64,000 bases of DNA from Escherichia coli (GTDB lineage Bacteria > Pseudomonadota > Gammaproteobacteria > Enterobacterales > Enterobacteriaceae). The position numbers and the translations under genes were made by a program. Under the pieces are notes generated by a model. The model made no database searches, was not told the DNA's origin, and was given only the letters and a program-made list of their open reading frames with translations. Location: the NCBI RefSeq assembly GCF_048403405.1, contig NZ_CP183129.1; one strand, given 5' to 3'. Shown here one piece after another: positions 45,589 through 56,559 of the stretch. Numbering within the stretch: the stretch's first letter is position 1; each line of letters opens with the position of its first letter.

Positions 45589-45933
45589 GTGATATCGATG
45601 TCAGGTGAGAAACCAAGATACCGCGTTCTGCGCCTCTCTCATATCCATAACACTCTGTGGCCTGAGGGGGCAGAAATCGAATACGAAGGTGAGCCTGGTA
45701 GCGCACTGGAACCTGTTAACGATGCAGCCAGACAGGCAAAAGCAAATGTAGCAGGAAAGGTGTCTATGGCAGCAACCAGCACCAAAATCATCAACGATGT
45801 GTCAGATGATGGTGAACTGGATAAGCTCCGTGAAGAGTACGAATTGCTCTTTAACGAGAAGCCACACCATAACGCTAAAGCCGAAACGCTCCGCGAGAAG
45901 ATCGCAGATAAGCGTAAAGAACTGGGCGTGTAA
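45589..45933 (+). CDS. hypothetical head-module protein
   Basis: 114-aa ORF. Confidence 0.4.
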   Translation: MISMSGEKPRYRVLRLSHIHNTLWPEGAEIEYEGEPGSALEPVNDAARQAKANVAGKVSMAATSTKIINDVSDDGELDKLREEYELLFNEKPHHNAKAETLREKIADKRKELGV

Positions 45934-45949
45934 GCCTCGCGAATCCGAC

Positions 45950-45972
45950 AAGGGGCTTCGGCCCCTTTATTG
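45950..45972 (+). terminator. rho-independent terminator after capsid genes
   Basis: aggggc-ttcg-gcccct followed by ttatt. Confidence 0.7.
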
Positions 45973-45977
45973 CAGGA

Positions 45978-46307
45978 GTGTATATGGAACTCGTAAACCT
46001 CAAAACCGGCACTGACAGCTACCAGGATGAGAGCGGAGAAGCCAGAACTCGTGATGAATACCCGTGGGGGCTGTGCATCACTCTTAATAACGACACATTG
46101 AATAAGCTGAAGGCGCAACCTCAGGGCGTCGGAACAGAAGTGATGATAACTGCAAAGGCTGTTATTCGAGGCCTGTCTGCCAGAGAAACTGACGATGGTG
46201 TTAATCGCAGCGCCGATCTGCAGATCACTGATATGGCGATCGCTCCTGTTTCCGGGGATGTAGAAAAATCAGCGGCTGAAACTCTGTACGGCAATGGGGG
46301 TGAGTAA
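45978..46307 (+). CDS. hypothetical virion protein
   Basis: 109-aa ORF preceding tail-tube genes. Confidence 0.4.
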   Translation: MYMELVNLKTGTDSYQDESGEARTRDEYPWGLCITLNNDTLNKLKAQPQGVGTEVMITAKAVIRGLSARETDDGVNRSADLQITDMAIAPVSGDVEKSAAETLYGNGGE

Positions 46308-46912
46308 TGGCCTCTGTAGTAGAGATCTGCAATCGTGCGCTGTCCAATATTGGCAATAGCCGCAGCATTAACAGCCTGACGGAAGCCAGCAAGGAAGCGG
46401 GGGAATGTTCGCTGCACTTTGAGGCCTGCCGTGATGCTGTGCTTTCTGATTTTGACTGGAACTTTGCTACCAAACGCGTGGCGCTTGCAGATACGAGCAA
46501 TCCACCGCCTGACTGGGAATATGCGTATCAGTACCCGTCCGATTGTCTGCGCATTACTGAAATTATGCTTCCTGGTGTACGCAATCCAACAGCAGCAATG
46601 CGTGTTCAGTACGAAGTTGGTGCAGACACCAACGGAACAGGAAAATTGATCTACACAGACCAGCCGCAGGCATGGCTCAAGTATGTCTCTCGCGTTACAG
46701 ATGTGAACATGTTTGATGCCATTTTTATGGAGGCGTTGGCTTGGCGTCTTGCGGCAGCTATTAACATGGCGCTGACTGGGAATGCAGACCTCGGTACGTT
46801 TGCCCTCAATATGTACAATCGCGTGATTCTTAGTGCTGGCTCGCATAGCCAGAATGAATCACAGGAACCACAGCCACCGGTTGACGAGTTTACCATTGCG
46901 AGGTTGTCCTGA
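46307..46912 (+). CDS. tail tubular protein A-like (gp11-like)
   Basis: 201-aa ORF, size and position as T7 gp11; overlapping start/stop with neighbours. Confidence 0.5.
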   Translation: MASVVEICNRALSNIGNSRSINSLTEASKEAGECSLHFEACRDAVLSDFDWNFATKRVALADTSNPPPDWEYAYQYPSDCLRITEIMLPGVRNPTAAMRVQYEVGADTNGTGKLIYTDQPQAWLKYVSRVTDVNMFDAIFMEALAWRLAAAINMALTGNADLGTFALNMYNRVILSAGSHSQNESQEPQPPVDEFTIARLS

Positions 46913-49383
46913 TGGCTATCAGTTGGATCCAGCCCAGCTTTGCCGGTGGTGAGATTGGACCGTCGTTGTACGGTCGTATCGACATGGCGAAGTACCAGGT
47001 GGCATTGCGCAAGTGCGATAACTTTATCGTGCGGCAGTATGGCGGCGTTGAGAATCGACCTGGTACGCGTTTTATCGGTGCCGCCAAATACCCAAATCGG
47101 AAATGCCGCCTGATCCCGTTCCAGTTCTCGACGGTTCAGACCTATGCTCTGGAGTTCGGGCACCAGTACATGCGCGTTATCAAAGATGGTGCGTTGGTGC
47201 TGAACAGCAGCAATGTTATTTATGAAATTGCCACGCCATATACTGAAGCCGATCTGTTCCGAATTAAATTCACGCAAAGCGCCGACGTGCTTACGCTGGT
47301 TCACCCGGCATACCCGCCGAAAGAGTTGCGCCGCTACGCGCATGACAACTGGCAACTGGTTGATGTGGTAACGAAGAACGGGCCATTTGAAGATATCAAT
47401 ATTGACGAGTCAGTGACGGTTTATGCCAGCGCCAGCACCGGGGCAATTACGTTAACGGCAAGCGCCTCTATTTTTGGCGCGGAGCAGGTAGGCAAATTGT
47501 TCTATCTGGAACAGCCTGCAGTGGATTCAGTGCCGGTATGGGAAACCAGTAAGAGTACGTCGATTGGCGATATTCGCCGTGCAGGCAGTAACTACTATCG
47601 CGCCGTTACAGCAGGCAAAACAGGCACTTTGCGCCCTTCGCATACAGAAGGCACATCATGGGATGGCTGGGGCGGATCCGGTGATGATGATACTGGCATT
47701 GAGTGGGAGTATCTGCACAGTGGGTTTGGCATTGCCCGTATCACTGCTGTAAACGGCACTACTGCAACTGCCGAGGTGATTTCCTATATCCCTTCGCAGG
47801 TCGTTGGCGAGGATAATGCCAGCTATAAATGGGCTAAATATGCCTGGAACAGTGTTAATGGTTATCCTGGCACTGTTGTTTATTATCAACAACGTCTTTA
47901 CTTCGCCGCATCGACTGCGTTCCCTCAGACTATCTGGACCAGCCGTACCGGGGATTATAAGGATTTTGGCAAAAGCAATCCTACGCAGGATAACGACAGA
48001 ATTATCTACACCTATGCCGGGCGTCAGGTTAATGAGATCCGCCACCTGATTGATGTTGGTTCGCTGGTGGCGCTGACTTCCGGAGGTGAGTACGTCATCA
48101 CCGGCGACCAGAACAAAGTGTTAACCCCATCATCATTTGCATTCAGCTCTCAGGGGTCAAATGGCTCAAGCAACGTCCCACCAATTGCTGTGGCGAATAT
48201 TGCTCTGTTCGTCCAGGAGAAAGGCAGTGTTGTCCGTGATCTGGCCTACTCATTCGATGTTGACGGCTATCAGGGGAACGACCTTACTATCCTTGCCAAT
48301 CATCTTTTTCAGAAGCACAGCATTGTTGACTGGTGCTTCTCGATTGTCCCTTACTCCAGCGCATTCTGCATTCGTGATGACGGTAAATTATTGGTAATGA
48401 CCTATCTGCGTGATCAGCAGGTTTTCGCATGGGCACCACAATCCAGTACCGGAAAATATGAAAGCACATGCAGTATCAGCGAAGGCAATGAAGATGCGGT
48501 GTATTTCGTCGTTAACCGAACCGTTAACGGGCAAACAGTGAGATACATCGAGAGACTGTCCAGCCGTTTATTTACCAGCGATGAAGATGCTTTCTTTGTT
48601 GATTCTGGCCTTAGCTATGATGGAAGAAATACGTCTGACAGAACGATGATCATCACTGGTGGTTCTGGCGAATGGGATTACCGCGCGGAATATACAATCA
48701 GTGTTTCTGGTGGTGCGTACTTCACCAGTAGTGATGTCGGCGCGCAACTACAGTTCCCTTATACCGGAACGGATCCTGATACTGGCGATGAAGTGTCAAA
48801 AGAATTACGTTGCGACATTATTTCTGTAACCAGCAATACCGCTGTAGTGGTTCGTCCTAACAGGAACGTCCCGCCATCCCTCAGGAATGTGGCCACCACG
48901 AACTGGCAGATGGCGCGCCGGGCATTTGGCGGCTTGTCTCATCTTGAAGGTCAGACCGTAAACATTCTCTCTGATGCGAACGTGGAACCACAGAAAGTGG
49001 TTTCCGGAGGTGCCGTCACGCTGGAATCTCCGGGGGCTGTAGTGCACATCGGCCTGCCAATAACTGCTGAATTCGAAACACTGGATATCAACATTAACGG
49101 ACAGGAAACGCTGCTGGACAAAAAACAGGTGATCCCCTCCGTTACTCTGGTTGTGAATGCCAGTCGCGGCATCTGGGCGACTACGCCCGGCGGTAAATGG
49201 TACGAATATCCACAGCGTGAATTCGAGTTCTACGATGATCCTGTTGATGATGCTACCGGAAAAGTAGAAGTGAAACTGGACAGTAACTGGGGCAAAAACG
49301 GACGTGTAAAAATCCGTCAGCTTGATCCGTTGCCGCTGTCTGTTCTTGCCGTTATTCCTCGCCTTACTGTTGGGGGATTCTGA
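46912..49383 (+). CDS. tail tubular protein B-like (gp12-like)
   Basis: 823-aa ORF following the gp11-like gene, size as T7 gp12. Confidence 0.55.
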   Translation: MAISWIQPSFAGGEIGPSLYGRIDMAKYQVALRKCDNFIVRQYGGVENRPGTRFIGAAKYPNRKCRLIPFQFSTVQTYALEFGHQYMRVIKDGALVLNSSNVIYEIATPYTEADLFRIKFTQSADVLTLVHPAYPPKELRRYAHDNWQLVDVVTKNGPFEDINIDESVTVYASASTGAITLTASASIFGAEQVGKLFYLEQPAVDSVPVWETSKSTSIGDIRRAGSNYYRAVTAGKTGTLRPSHTEGTSWDGWGGSGDDDTGIEWEYLHSGFGIARITAVNGTTATAEVISYIPSQVVGEDNASYKWAKYAWNSVNGYPGTVVYYQQRLYFAASTAFPQTIWTSRTGDYKDFGKSNPTQDNDRIIYTYAGRQVNEIRHLIDVGSLVALTSGGEYVITGDQNKVLTPSSFAFSSQGSNGSSNVPPIAVANIALFVQEKGSVVRDLAYSFDVDGYQGNDLTILANHLFQKHSIVDWCFSIVPYSSAFCIRDDGKLLVMTYLRDQQVFAWAPQSSTGKYESTCSISEGNEDAVYFVVNRTVNGQTVRYIERLSSRLFTSDEDAFFVDSGLSYDGRNTSDRTMIITGGSGEWDYRAEYTISVSGGAYFTSSDVGAQLQFPYTGTDPDTGDEVSKELRCDIISVTSNTAVVVRPNRNVPPSLRNVATTNWQMARRAFGGLSHLEGQTVNILSDANVEPQKVVSGGAVTLESPGAVVHIGLPITAEFETLDININGQETLLDKKQVIPSVTLVVNASRGIWATTPGGKWYEYPQREFEFYDDPVDDATGKVEVKLDSNWGKNGRVKIRQLDPLPLSVLAVIPRLTVGGF

Positions 49384-49847
49384 TGATCGACGTTCAAATT
49401 ATTCCCGCTACCGAAGAGCATCTTCAGATGATTTTGCCGGATGTTCGTCAGGCTGATATTGACGAACTGTATGCGGTATCGCTGATGACTACCGAAGATG
49501 CGCTGCGTGTTGGTCTGCGTACTGCGACTATGGCCTGGTCAGGATTTGCGAACGGAGAACTGGTAACCATGTTTGGCGTATCTCCGGCGTCAATGATCGG
49601 TGGCAATGGTACGCCCTGGCTGGTAGGAACCAGCCGTATTGAAAAATATCAGAAGACATTTCTTCGCCACTGCCGCCCTGTATTGCAGCAGATGCTGGCA
49701 GTTTATCCGCGCCTGGAAAACTACGTCGACGAGCGAAACCATGTTGCCAAAGCATGGCTGCACTGGCTTGGATTCAGGCTTGAAGAAGCCGCGCCTTATG
49801 GTGCTCTTGGTCTTAATTTCCACAGATTTCACATGGAGAGAAAATAA
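49383..49847 (+). CDS. hypothetical virion protein (gp13-like position)
   Basis: 154-aa ORF. Confidence 0.4.
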   Translation: MIDVQIIPATEEHLQMILPDVRQADIDELYAVSLMTTEDALRVGLRTATMAWSGFANGELVTMFGVSPASMIGGNGTPWLVGTSRIEKYQKTFLRHCRPVLQQMLAVYPRLENYVDERNHVAKAWLHWLGFRLEEAAPYGALGLNFHRFHMERK

Positions 49848-50422
49848 TGTGCGATCCGGTTATTGCTGGTGGCGCAATGCTCGCCATGAGTGGCATTCAG
49901 GCATACACCCAGTACCAACAGGGAAAGTATGCCTCGAAGGTTGCAGAAGCGAACGCAGATATAGCCACAGCTCAGGCAAATGATGCAATAAACAGAGGTA
50001 ACGCTGAAGCTGAGCAACGACGCAGAGAGACCCGACAGCGGCTTGGTACACAGGCGGCGACAATGGGGGCTACCGGCGCTGATTTATCTACAGGTAACGC
50101 GCTGGATATATTTGGCGACACTGCCCAGTTTGGCGCTCTTGATTCGCTGACGACGGTGAATAACGCGCAACGCGAGGCTTACGGTTATCAGGTTCAGGCT
50201 GCCAACTATAAAGCAGAAGCCAGTTCAGCCCGTAAACAGGGGAATGTAGGAGCAGCAACAACATTGCTCACTGCGCCTCTGAAGGCATACGGTGCGTACC
50301 AGATGTTTGGTGGGACGTGGAGTCCGTTCTCTAAAGGAAGTACATCTAGTGGTGGGACGCCAATGTTATCTAACTCAGGTTTTATGAATTCTGACTCCCG
50401 ATTCAAAATAGGAGGTTACTGA
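49847..50422 (+). CDS. internal virion protein (gp14-like)
   Basis: 191-aa ORF starting MC, Ala/Gln-rich, size and composition like T7 gp14. Confidence 0.5.
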   Translation: MCDPVIAGGAMLAMSGIQAYTQYQQGKYASKVAEANADIATAQANDAINRGNAEAEQRRRETRQRLGTQAATMGATGADLSTGNALDIFGDTAQFGALDSLTTVNNAQREAYGYQVQAANYKAEASSARKQGNVGAATTLLTAPLKAYGAYQMFGGTWSPFSKGSTSSGGTPMLSNSGFMNSDSRFKIGGY

Positions 50423-53169
50423 TGCCTGTTGTTCCTACTACATCCGGACGTCAGGTGCAAAGTCGTGGTGTGCAAACCGGTGGTTTTCAGATCTTCGATG
50501 TTCCTCAAGCAGATCAGGTGCTGGCGAATGTCGCAGATCAGTATGCGGTGGCATATGGTGAAGCCAGGCAGAAAGCGAATGTTGCTATGGCCCAGGAGGC
50601 GTTACTGCAATTTAACCAATTTGCAGATGACCAGATTAACAACCCTGAAAGTGGGCTGATTTCTAAACAGGGTAAAAACGCTCTTGGTCAGAGTGACGCT
50701 GTTATGAAAAATATGCAGGAAAGGGCTCAGGCATTATTAGGCTCAATTCCTGAAAGTGAGGAAAGGAATAAATTATCCTTTCAACTCCAGCAGTCTATGC
50801 AGTCTTATTACAATCAGGCACGTCGATATGAAGTTGGGCAGTTTCAGCAATTCCAAGATCAAACGTATTTGTCAGGAAATGCATTGGCTGTCACTCAGTC
50901 TGCGGGGCTATATAGCGATAACCAAGCATTTGTCGATTTAGCCAAGCAGCGATTTGAATCTATTGATCAATACGCTGATGCGCATGGGCTTCCTGATGAG
51001 TGGCGTGTTCAGCAGAAAACTCAGCTCAAGGAACAAATGGGGCAGCAAGCATGGATAGGAAATATCGCTCAAAAATACAACGAGTTTCTTCAGGTTAATG
51101 GAGAGCCAGGGGATCTTGATGGTGTGAGTCGTGCAATATCACATGGTAATTCATTGGATGCTCGTGGTTTACGTAATAATAACCCTGGTAATATTGAAGC
51201 GAGCAAATCTAACCCGTGGGAAGGTCAGATCGGTAGCGATGGACGTTTTGCAACGTTTGCTACCCCTGAGCATGGAATCCGCGCGTTGGGTAAAAATATG
51301 TTGTCTTACCAGCGTCAAGGCTATGACACCGTTAGCGAGATTGTTAATCGCTATGCTCCGGCTAGTGATGGTAATAATACTGATGCTTATATTAGGGCAT
51401 TGTGTGGTGAGCTTGGTGTTGGGGAGAATGATCAGCTTGATATCTCTAACCCAAAGACACTAGCTGCTTTATGTGCTGGGATTATTAAACACGAAAATGG
51501 CAGTATGCCTTATAGCACCGAACAGCTTGAAACTGGTATCTCGGCAGCCCTTGGTCTAACTAACCTTGATTCACCTAAGCGTTATACAGGCAATGCGGCA
51601 TTTGATGCTATGAGCCCTCAAATGCAAATACAGGCATTGAGGCAGGCTAATGAGCTGAGAAATCAGTACCGCCAGCAGTATGCGGACCAGCTTAGCACCG
51701 TAGTTAAAGATGCATATTCAGCCCTTGATGAAGGATTGAAACCTGAGAAGTTACCTTCTGAGGACGATTTTATCCGGGCCAATGGTCCGCGCATTGGCGC
51801 TATGAAGTGGAAGGATATGCAGGCGCAGATACAATATGGAGGTGTCATTGGTGCCGCTAAAGACCTCACTCCAGAAGGACGACAAGACATTCTTGAACGT
51901 TTACGTCCACAGGATCCAAACGCTCCTGGATTTGCAGCTAACCAGCAACGCTGGGAGAAAATGCAGGCCAAATTTAAAGAGATGGATAGGGAGTGGGAGA
52001 TTCAGCAGGGAAGAAACAGGTTCGTGTCTTCAATGCAAAATAACTTCCCGCTGGACCCGAACGACAAAAACAATCAGGCAGCGGTAGACCGTTATTTCGC
52101 GCAGGATATCGCGCCTTCGTTTTCCATATCTGATCCGCAGAGCATCAATACACTGGTCACCGTCACAACTAAAAGCGGCATGATACCAACTCAGGTTAAA
52201 ACAATGCTTAACAGTGGAGCAACATCAAGAGATCCTGCGCTGGTTGTCCCGATGGCAAAATTCTACGGTCAGTTATTCGATAATAATCCGGCGGCAGCGG
52301 CAACACTTGATAAAAGTACGATGGCATTTTACGGCAAGGTTTACGATTATTCCCGCGCTGGCGTGCCGGAGGATAAGGCTGTTGATATGGCTTACAGCCA
52401 GGTGTTCCAACAGGATGACCGAATGAAACAGATGCTTTCCACTGCCATGCGAGACAAAAAATATGTCGCGGCGAGGGCAACTGCTGCACAAAATAACGCC
52501 AGCAGTCTGACTTCCTTTGGTTCGTGGTCTCCGGATATTACCGATCCAGGAAAATCAAATGCGGCCTATCAGCGAGATTACCAGACAATTTACGATGCTA
52601 ACTTTGTACAGACAGGTGGCGATGCAGAACAGGCTGAGAAAATGACCAATGCCATGATCAGAACCACCTGGGGAGTTTCTACGGTTAATGGCAAAGCAGA
52701 GGTTATGAAGTATGCACCTGAGGCATTGTACGGAGTAAATAATGGTGCTGGTAACTGGATACAGGGGCAGTGGGAGCAGGAAAAACGCGAGCTTAAATCA
52801 AAATCCTTTGGCGGTCCTCGCAGTGATACGGACTTAATACTTGTTTCTGATGGCCTTACGGCAAGGGATAGGAGTTATGCTGTTATGGTTTTACAGCCTG
52901 ACGCAAACGGAGCGATAGAACCGAGAAATTATATTGGAGAAAATGGTCTCCCTGTTCGTTTCAAGCCGGATCAGCTGACATCTCCAATGTACAGGCAAAC
53001 CATTAAGTTCCAGCAACAGCGTGTTGATGAGGCTAGAGTGCGGAGAGAAGGCAATCCGCTGCCGCAGTTCAGCAATAAAGATGGATATACTCCTCCAGAT
53101 CTGACCAAACCATTCGGTTATGGTTCAGCCAATTACCTTCCGAGCAATATATACGCAGGGGGCAAATAA
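50422..53169 (+). CDS. internal virion/ejection protein (gp15-like)
   Basis: 915-aa ORF in the core-protein position; contains a conserved-looking segment GLRNNNPGNIEASKSNPWEGQ...GIRALGKNM. Confidence 0.5.
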   Translation: MPVVPTTSGRQVQSRGVQTGGFQIFDVPQADQVLANVADQYAVAYGEARQKANVAMAQEALLQFNQFADDQINNPESGLISKQGKNALGQSDAVMKNMQERAQALLGSIPESEERNKLSFQLQQSMQSYYNQARRYEVGQFQQFQDQTYLSGNALAVTQSAGLYSDNQAFVDLAKQRFESIDQYADAHGLPDEWRVQQKTQLKEQMGQQAWIGNIAQKYNEFLQVNGEPGDLDGVSRAISHGNSLDARGLRNNNPGNIEASKSNPWEGQIGSDGRFATFATPEHGIRALGKNMLSYQRQGYDTVSEIVNRYAPASDGNNTDAYIRALCGELGVGENDQLDISNPKTLAALCAGIIKHENGSMPYSTEQLETGISAALGLTNLDSPKRYTGNAAFDAMSPQMQIQALRQANELRNQYRQQYADQLSTVVKDAYSALDEGLKPEKLPSEDDFIRANGPRIGAMKWKDMQAQIQYGGVIGAAKDLTPEGRQDILERLRPQDPNAPGFAANQQRWEKMQAKFKEMDREWEIQQGRNRFVSSMQNNFPLDPNDKNNQAAVDRYFAQDIAPSFSISDPQSINTLVTVTTKSGMIPTQVKTMLNSGATSRDPALVVPMAKFYGQLFDNNPAAAATLDKSTMAFYGKVYDYSRAGVPEDKAVDMAYSQVFQQDDRMKQMLSTAMRDKKYVAARATAAQNNASSLTSFGSWSPDITDPGKSNAAYQRDYQTIYDANFVQTGGDAEQAEKMTNAMIRTTWGVSTVNGKAEVMKYAPEALYGVNNGAGNWIQGQWEQEKRELKSKSFGGPRSDTDLILVSDGLTARDRSYAVMVLQPDANGAIEPRNYIGENGLPVRFKPDQLTSPMYRQTIKFQQQRVDEARVRREGNPLPQFSNKDGYTPPDLTKPFGYGSANYLPSNIYAGGK

Positions 53170-56100
53170 TGCCGATATATGAACAGGATCCTAAAGAGTT
53201 GCTTGGCGAGGATATTCAGCAAATAGCAGCACCTGATGACAGTAATTTCTATATGGAAACACCTTCTTTGCTTTCTGCTGTGAACCCATTTACCAGTGAT
53301 CAACGCGTTCAAAGGTCTAGACAAGCAGCATTTCGTATAGATAACACGCTGGGTAGCTTTATTGCCAGTGCTCCTTTCAGTCAGTTTGACAGGGTTGAAG
53401 GATATAACCCATTTGATAACGATGCAGCAGATATTAAAGGCTATGAAGATTTTGCAGATTCGTTTATCAACTCCGGTTCGCATGAAGAAACAATGGCAAT
53501 TAAACATCGAATCGATCAGCAGAGAGCTGACATGGAATACAATTCAGGCTTGGGATTTGCTGGTACAGTCTCTTCTGTAGCAATGAGATTAGCAGATCCA
53601 TTCAATGCGATTTCTATGTTTATTCCGTTCGGCGCTGTCGTTCGTGGCGGTCGTATTGCAGAAACAGCCGGACGTTTTGCTTTAGCCAATGCTGCTGGCA
53701 GTGTTGCTTCAGAGGCCGCATTGCAGGCCACTCAGGAAGCTCGCTCACCGATGGAGAGCGTATCGAACGTTGTTGTTGATGCTCTCGTTGGTGGGATCCT
53801 TGGTGCTGGTGCACAGCTACTTGCTGGACCTAGCGCGCGCGAGGCAGTGGTTAACTCAGTAGGTAATCATTTGCGAGGTATGGATTCTCCTCAAAGCATT
53901 GGTGCAGCTCAGGTTTTCAATACCACACTCGATCAGGAACAGCTTGCTGGACTTGGACTTGCTAACAAAACGTTGAGTGTCACTCCTGCTGGCCGCTTGG
54001 CGCAATCACCATCTCTTGTTTCCCGTCAGATTAACCAGCAGCTTGCCGAAAATAACTATTTCTTCGCCAAAAATGATGAGGGGTTGGCTACGTTTACGGC
54101 AGTCGAGACTAAGATTAAGCAATACGACGCCATGCTTTATAAGCAGATGGAAGCTACTCGTGATGCTTACCAGCAGTACAGCAAATCTGTCAGCGCCCGC
54201 GGCGTGAAGAGGATGAACTTTATTGATTTCAATGAAGCTGTTGGCATGGCTATGCGCCGTGGTGATCAGAGTGATATTCCTGAGGTTTCACAAGCAGCCG
54301 CCAGAATCCGCCCCATTTTTGAGACCACAAAAGCCCGTATGCAGGAATTGGGGATCCTTCCTGAGGATATCGATGTCGTGACGACGAAGAGTTATCTTCC
54401 CCGCATTTATAAGTTCGATAAGATACTTTCCGACCGCACTGAATTCAGAGGGCGAATTGCCAACTGGATACAAGGGATTAGTGCCAAAGGTGCTGACAAA
54501 GCAGGTCAGCGAATTGAAAAGATAAATTCATTGCTAAAAACTGCAGAGGAATCAGCACCGCGCGCTGATGCTCTCGCTAGTGAAATCGCTGAAGCGGAGA
54601 AATGGTCTGGTAAAAAAATTCTACTCATGGAAGAACTGGATAAACGAAATAAGCTTATATCTCAGGAGACTGACACACAGGCGCGTCTTACAAGAATAGA
54701 AAAAGAGTTGGCCGAGACTTCATCAGAAAAACTTCAGGCAAGAATGATGAAAGAAAGCTCTGACCTTAAAACACGCCTTGATGATATAGCGCAGGCAAAG
54801 AGTGAGCTTCCTGTCTATCAGCGCCATATGGAGTTGCTGGATAATCCACGGAAATATCGTTCTGAGCTTCGCCGACTGCAAAAACGGGCAAATTCAACCA
54901 CAAGGCTGAATGCAAGCCGCGAGCGAGCACTGAAGCAGATGGAGCCTCTATCCCGAGAGGAAGCAGAGGACGCTGCTGACGAGATCGTGAATAAAATAAT
55001 AGGCGCACCTTCCGGGCTTGTACCAGCCGATATTATCCCAGAGAGACTCGTTGGTCGGGCTGGTTTCACTAAAAGCCGAACGCTGCTTATTCCTGATGAG
55101 CGTATAGAAGATTTTCTTGAATCAGATGTTAACTACATCATGGAAAGTTATCTCCGGCAGGTGGCACCAGAAATTGAGCTGACTGCGCAGTTTGGCCGTA
55201 AAGATATGGGGGAGCAAATCCGTCAGGTTAGTGAGGAATATACCCGGCTAATAAAAGAGGCTAAAACACCTAAACGACGTGCAGCTCTTGAGAAGCAACG
55301 GGAGGCTGATATTAGGGATATTACGGCTATGCGTGACCGACTGCTTGGTACTTACGGCGCACCTCAAGATCCACGCAGTTTCTTTGTTCGTGCCGGGCGA
55401 GTTGCTAGGAATATTAACTTCCTCCGTTTGCTTGGTGGAATGACCGTCTCCGCTGCAACTGATCTGATGCGACCGATGATGCAGCATGGCCTGAGAAAAT
55501 CTCTCGGACCAATGGTAAGCATGCTTAAAAATATGGACTCAGTGAAAATTGCAACCAGGGATTTGCGAGAAATGGCAGTTGGGCTTGATTATGTCCTGTC
55601 TACGCGCACAAAGGCTATAGCGGATCTTACTGACCCCTATAGCCGGAGAAGCGCCGCTGAGCGAGGTCTGAACTGGATGACGCAGAAATTCGGTAACTGG
55701 ACGCTGATGAATCAGTGGAACAGCGCACTTAAATCATGGTCTGGGATGATAGTGCAGTCGAGGATACTTGACGCGGCTCGCCAAGTTTCTGCTGGTGGCA
55801 CGCTCTCCAAAAGTGAAATGCGGAAGATGGCACAGGTCGGCATCAATGAAGATGTTCTGCGCCGAATCGGGGAGCAATTCGGGAAGCACGGAGAGGATAT
55901 GGACGGGCTGTTAACCGGGCATAGTCATCTGTGGGATGACCGTTTCGCTAGAGAGATTTTCCAGTCTGCAGTGCTGAAAGATGTAGACTCAGTGATTGTA
56001 ACGCCTGGCGTAGGTGATACACCGCTGTTTTTTAGTAAAGAAGGCTGGAAGATGATCACGCAGTTCAAAACGTTTATCTTCGCACAGCATAACAGGGTGC

Positions 56101-56558
56101 TAGTATCTGGTATCCAGCAGGGCGATGCTGCATTCTATCTTGGTGCGCTTGGCACGATTGCGCTTGGCTCAATGGTCTATATGATGAAACAGAAGTTAAG
56201 CGGTCGCGATATCGACTACAGCTGGAATAACCTTGTGAAAGAGGGGATCGACCGGGGCGGAATGCTTGGCTGGCTCTCTGAGCCGCTGAATACCGTTGAG
56301 AACATAAGCGGCGGTAGGTTTGGTCTTGGCGCGATGTTTGGTGCGCCTCCGGTATCAAGGTTTCAGAGTCGTAATGCTATTGGTGCTTTACTTGGTCCTA
56401 CCTTTGATCTTGGCGGTGATGCCGCGACGGTTGCAAATGGTGTACTTAACGGAGAATTTGACAGCCAGCAAACCCACGCTGTCCGTAAAATGCTACCTTT
56501 TCAGAATCTGTGGGCGATATCACCATTACTAAATAAAGTTGAAGAGCAGATGAAATAG
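53169..56558 (+). CDS. internal virion/ejection protein (gp16-like)
   Basis: 1129-aa ORF, largest core protein, precedes tailspike region. Confidence 0.5.
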   Translation: MPIYEQDPKELLGEDIQQIAAPDDSNFYMETPSLLSAVNPFTSDQRVQRSRQAAFRIDNTLGSFIASAPFSQFDRVEGYNPFDNDAADIKGYEDFADSFINSGSHEETMAIKHRIDQQRADMEYNSGLGFAGTVSSVAMRLADPFNAISMFIPFGAVVRGGRIAETAGRFALANAAGSVASEAALQATQEARSPMESVSNVVVDALVGGILGAGAQLLAGPSAREAVVNSVGNHLRGMDSPQSIGAAQVFNTTLDQEQLAGLGLANKTLSVTPAGRLAQSPSLVSRQINQQLAENNYFFAKNDEGLATFTAVETKIKQYDAMLYKQMEATRDAYQQYSKSVSARGVKRMNFIDFNEAVGMAMRRGDQSDIPEVSQAAARIRPIFETTKARMQELGILPEDIDVVTTKSYLPRIYKFDKILSDRTEFRGRIANWIQGISAKGADKAGQRIEKINSLLKTAEESAPRADALASEIAEAEKWSGKKILLMEELDKRNKLISQETDTQARLTRIEKELAETSSEKLQARMMKESSDLKTRLDDIAQAKSELPVYQRHMELLDNPRKYRSELRRLQKRANSTTRLNASRERALKQMEPLSREEAEDAADEIVNKIIGAPSGLVPADIIPERLVGRAGFTKSRTLLIPDERIEDFLESDVNYIMESYLRQVAPEIELTAQFGRKDMGEQIRQVSEEYTRLIKEAKTPKRRAALEKQREADIRDITAMRDRLLGTYGAPQDPRSFFVRAGRVARNINFLRLLGGMTVSAATDLMRPMMQHGLRKSLGPMVSMLKNMDSVKIATRDLREMAVGLDYVLSTRTKAIADLTDPYSRRSAAERGLNWMTQKFGNWTLMNQWNSALKSWSGMIVQSRILDAARQVSAGGTLSKSEMRKMAQVGINEDVLRRIGEQFGKHGEDMDGLLTGHSHLWDDRFAREIFQSAVLKDVDSVIVTPGVGDTPLFFSKEGWKMITQFKTFIFAQHNRVLVSGIQQGDAAFYLGALGTIALGSMVYMMKQKLSGRDIDYSWNNLVKEGIDRGGMLGWLSEPLNTVENISGGRFGLGAMFGAPPVSRFQSRNAIGALLGPTFDLGGDAATVANGVLNGEFDSQQTHAVRKMLPFQNLWAISPLLNKVEEQMK

Positions 56559-56559
56559 G

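Noticed and set aside
41427-56558. Calling the prophage a T7-like phage
   Set aside because: Only the gene order and sizes of the virion module are T7-like; there is no phage RNA polymerase, the early region is lambdoid and the terminase precedes the portal, so a temperate epsilon15-like or mosaic podovirus is more plausible.
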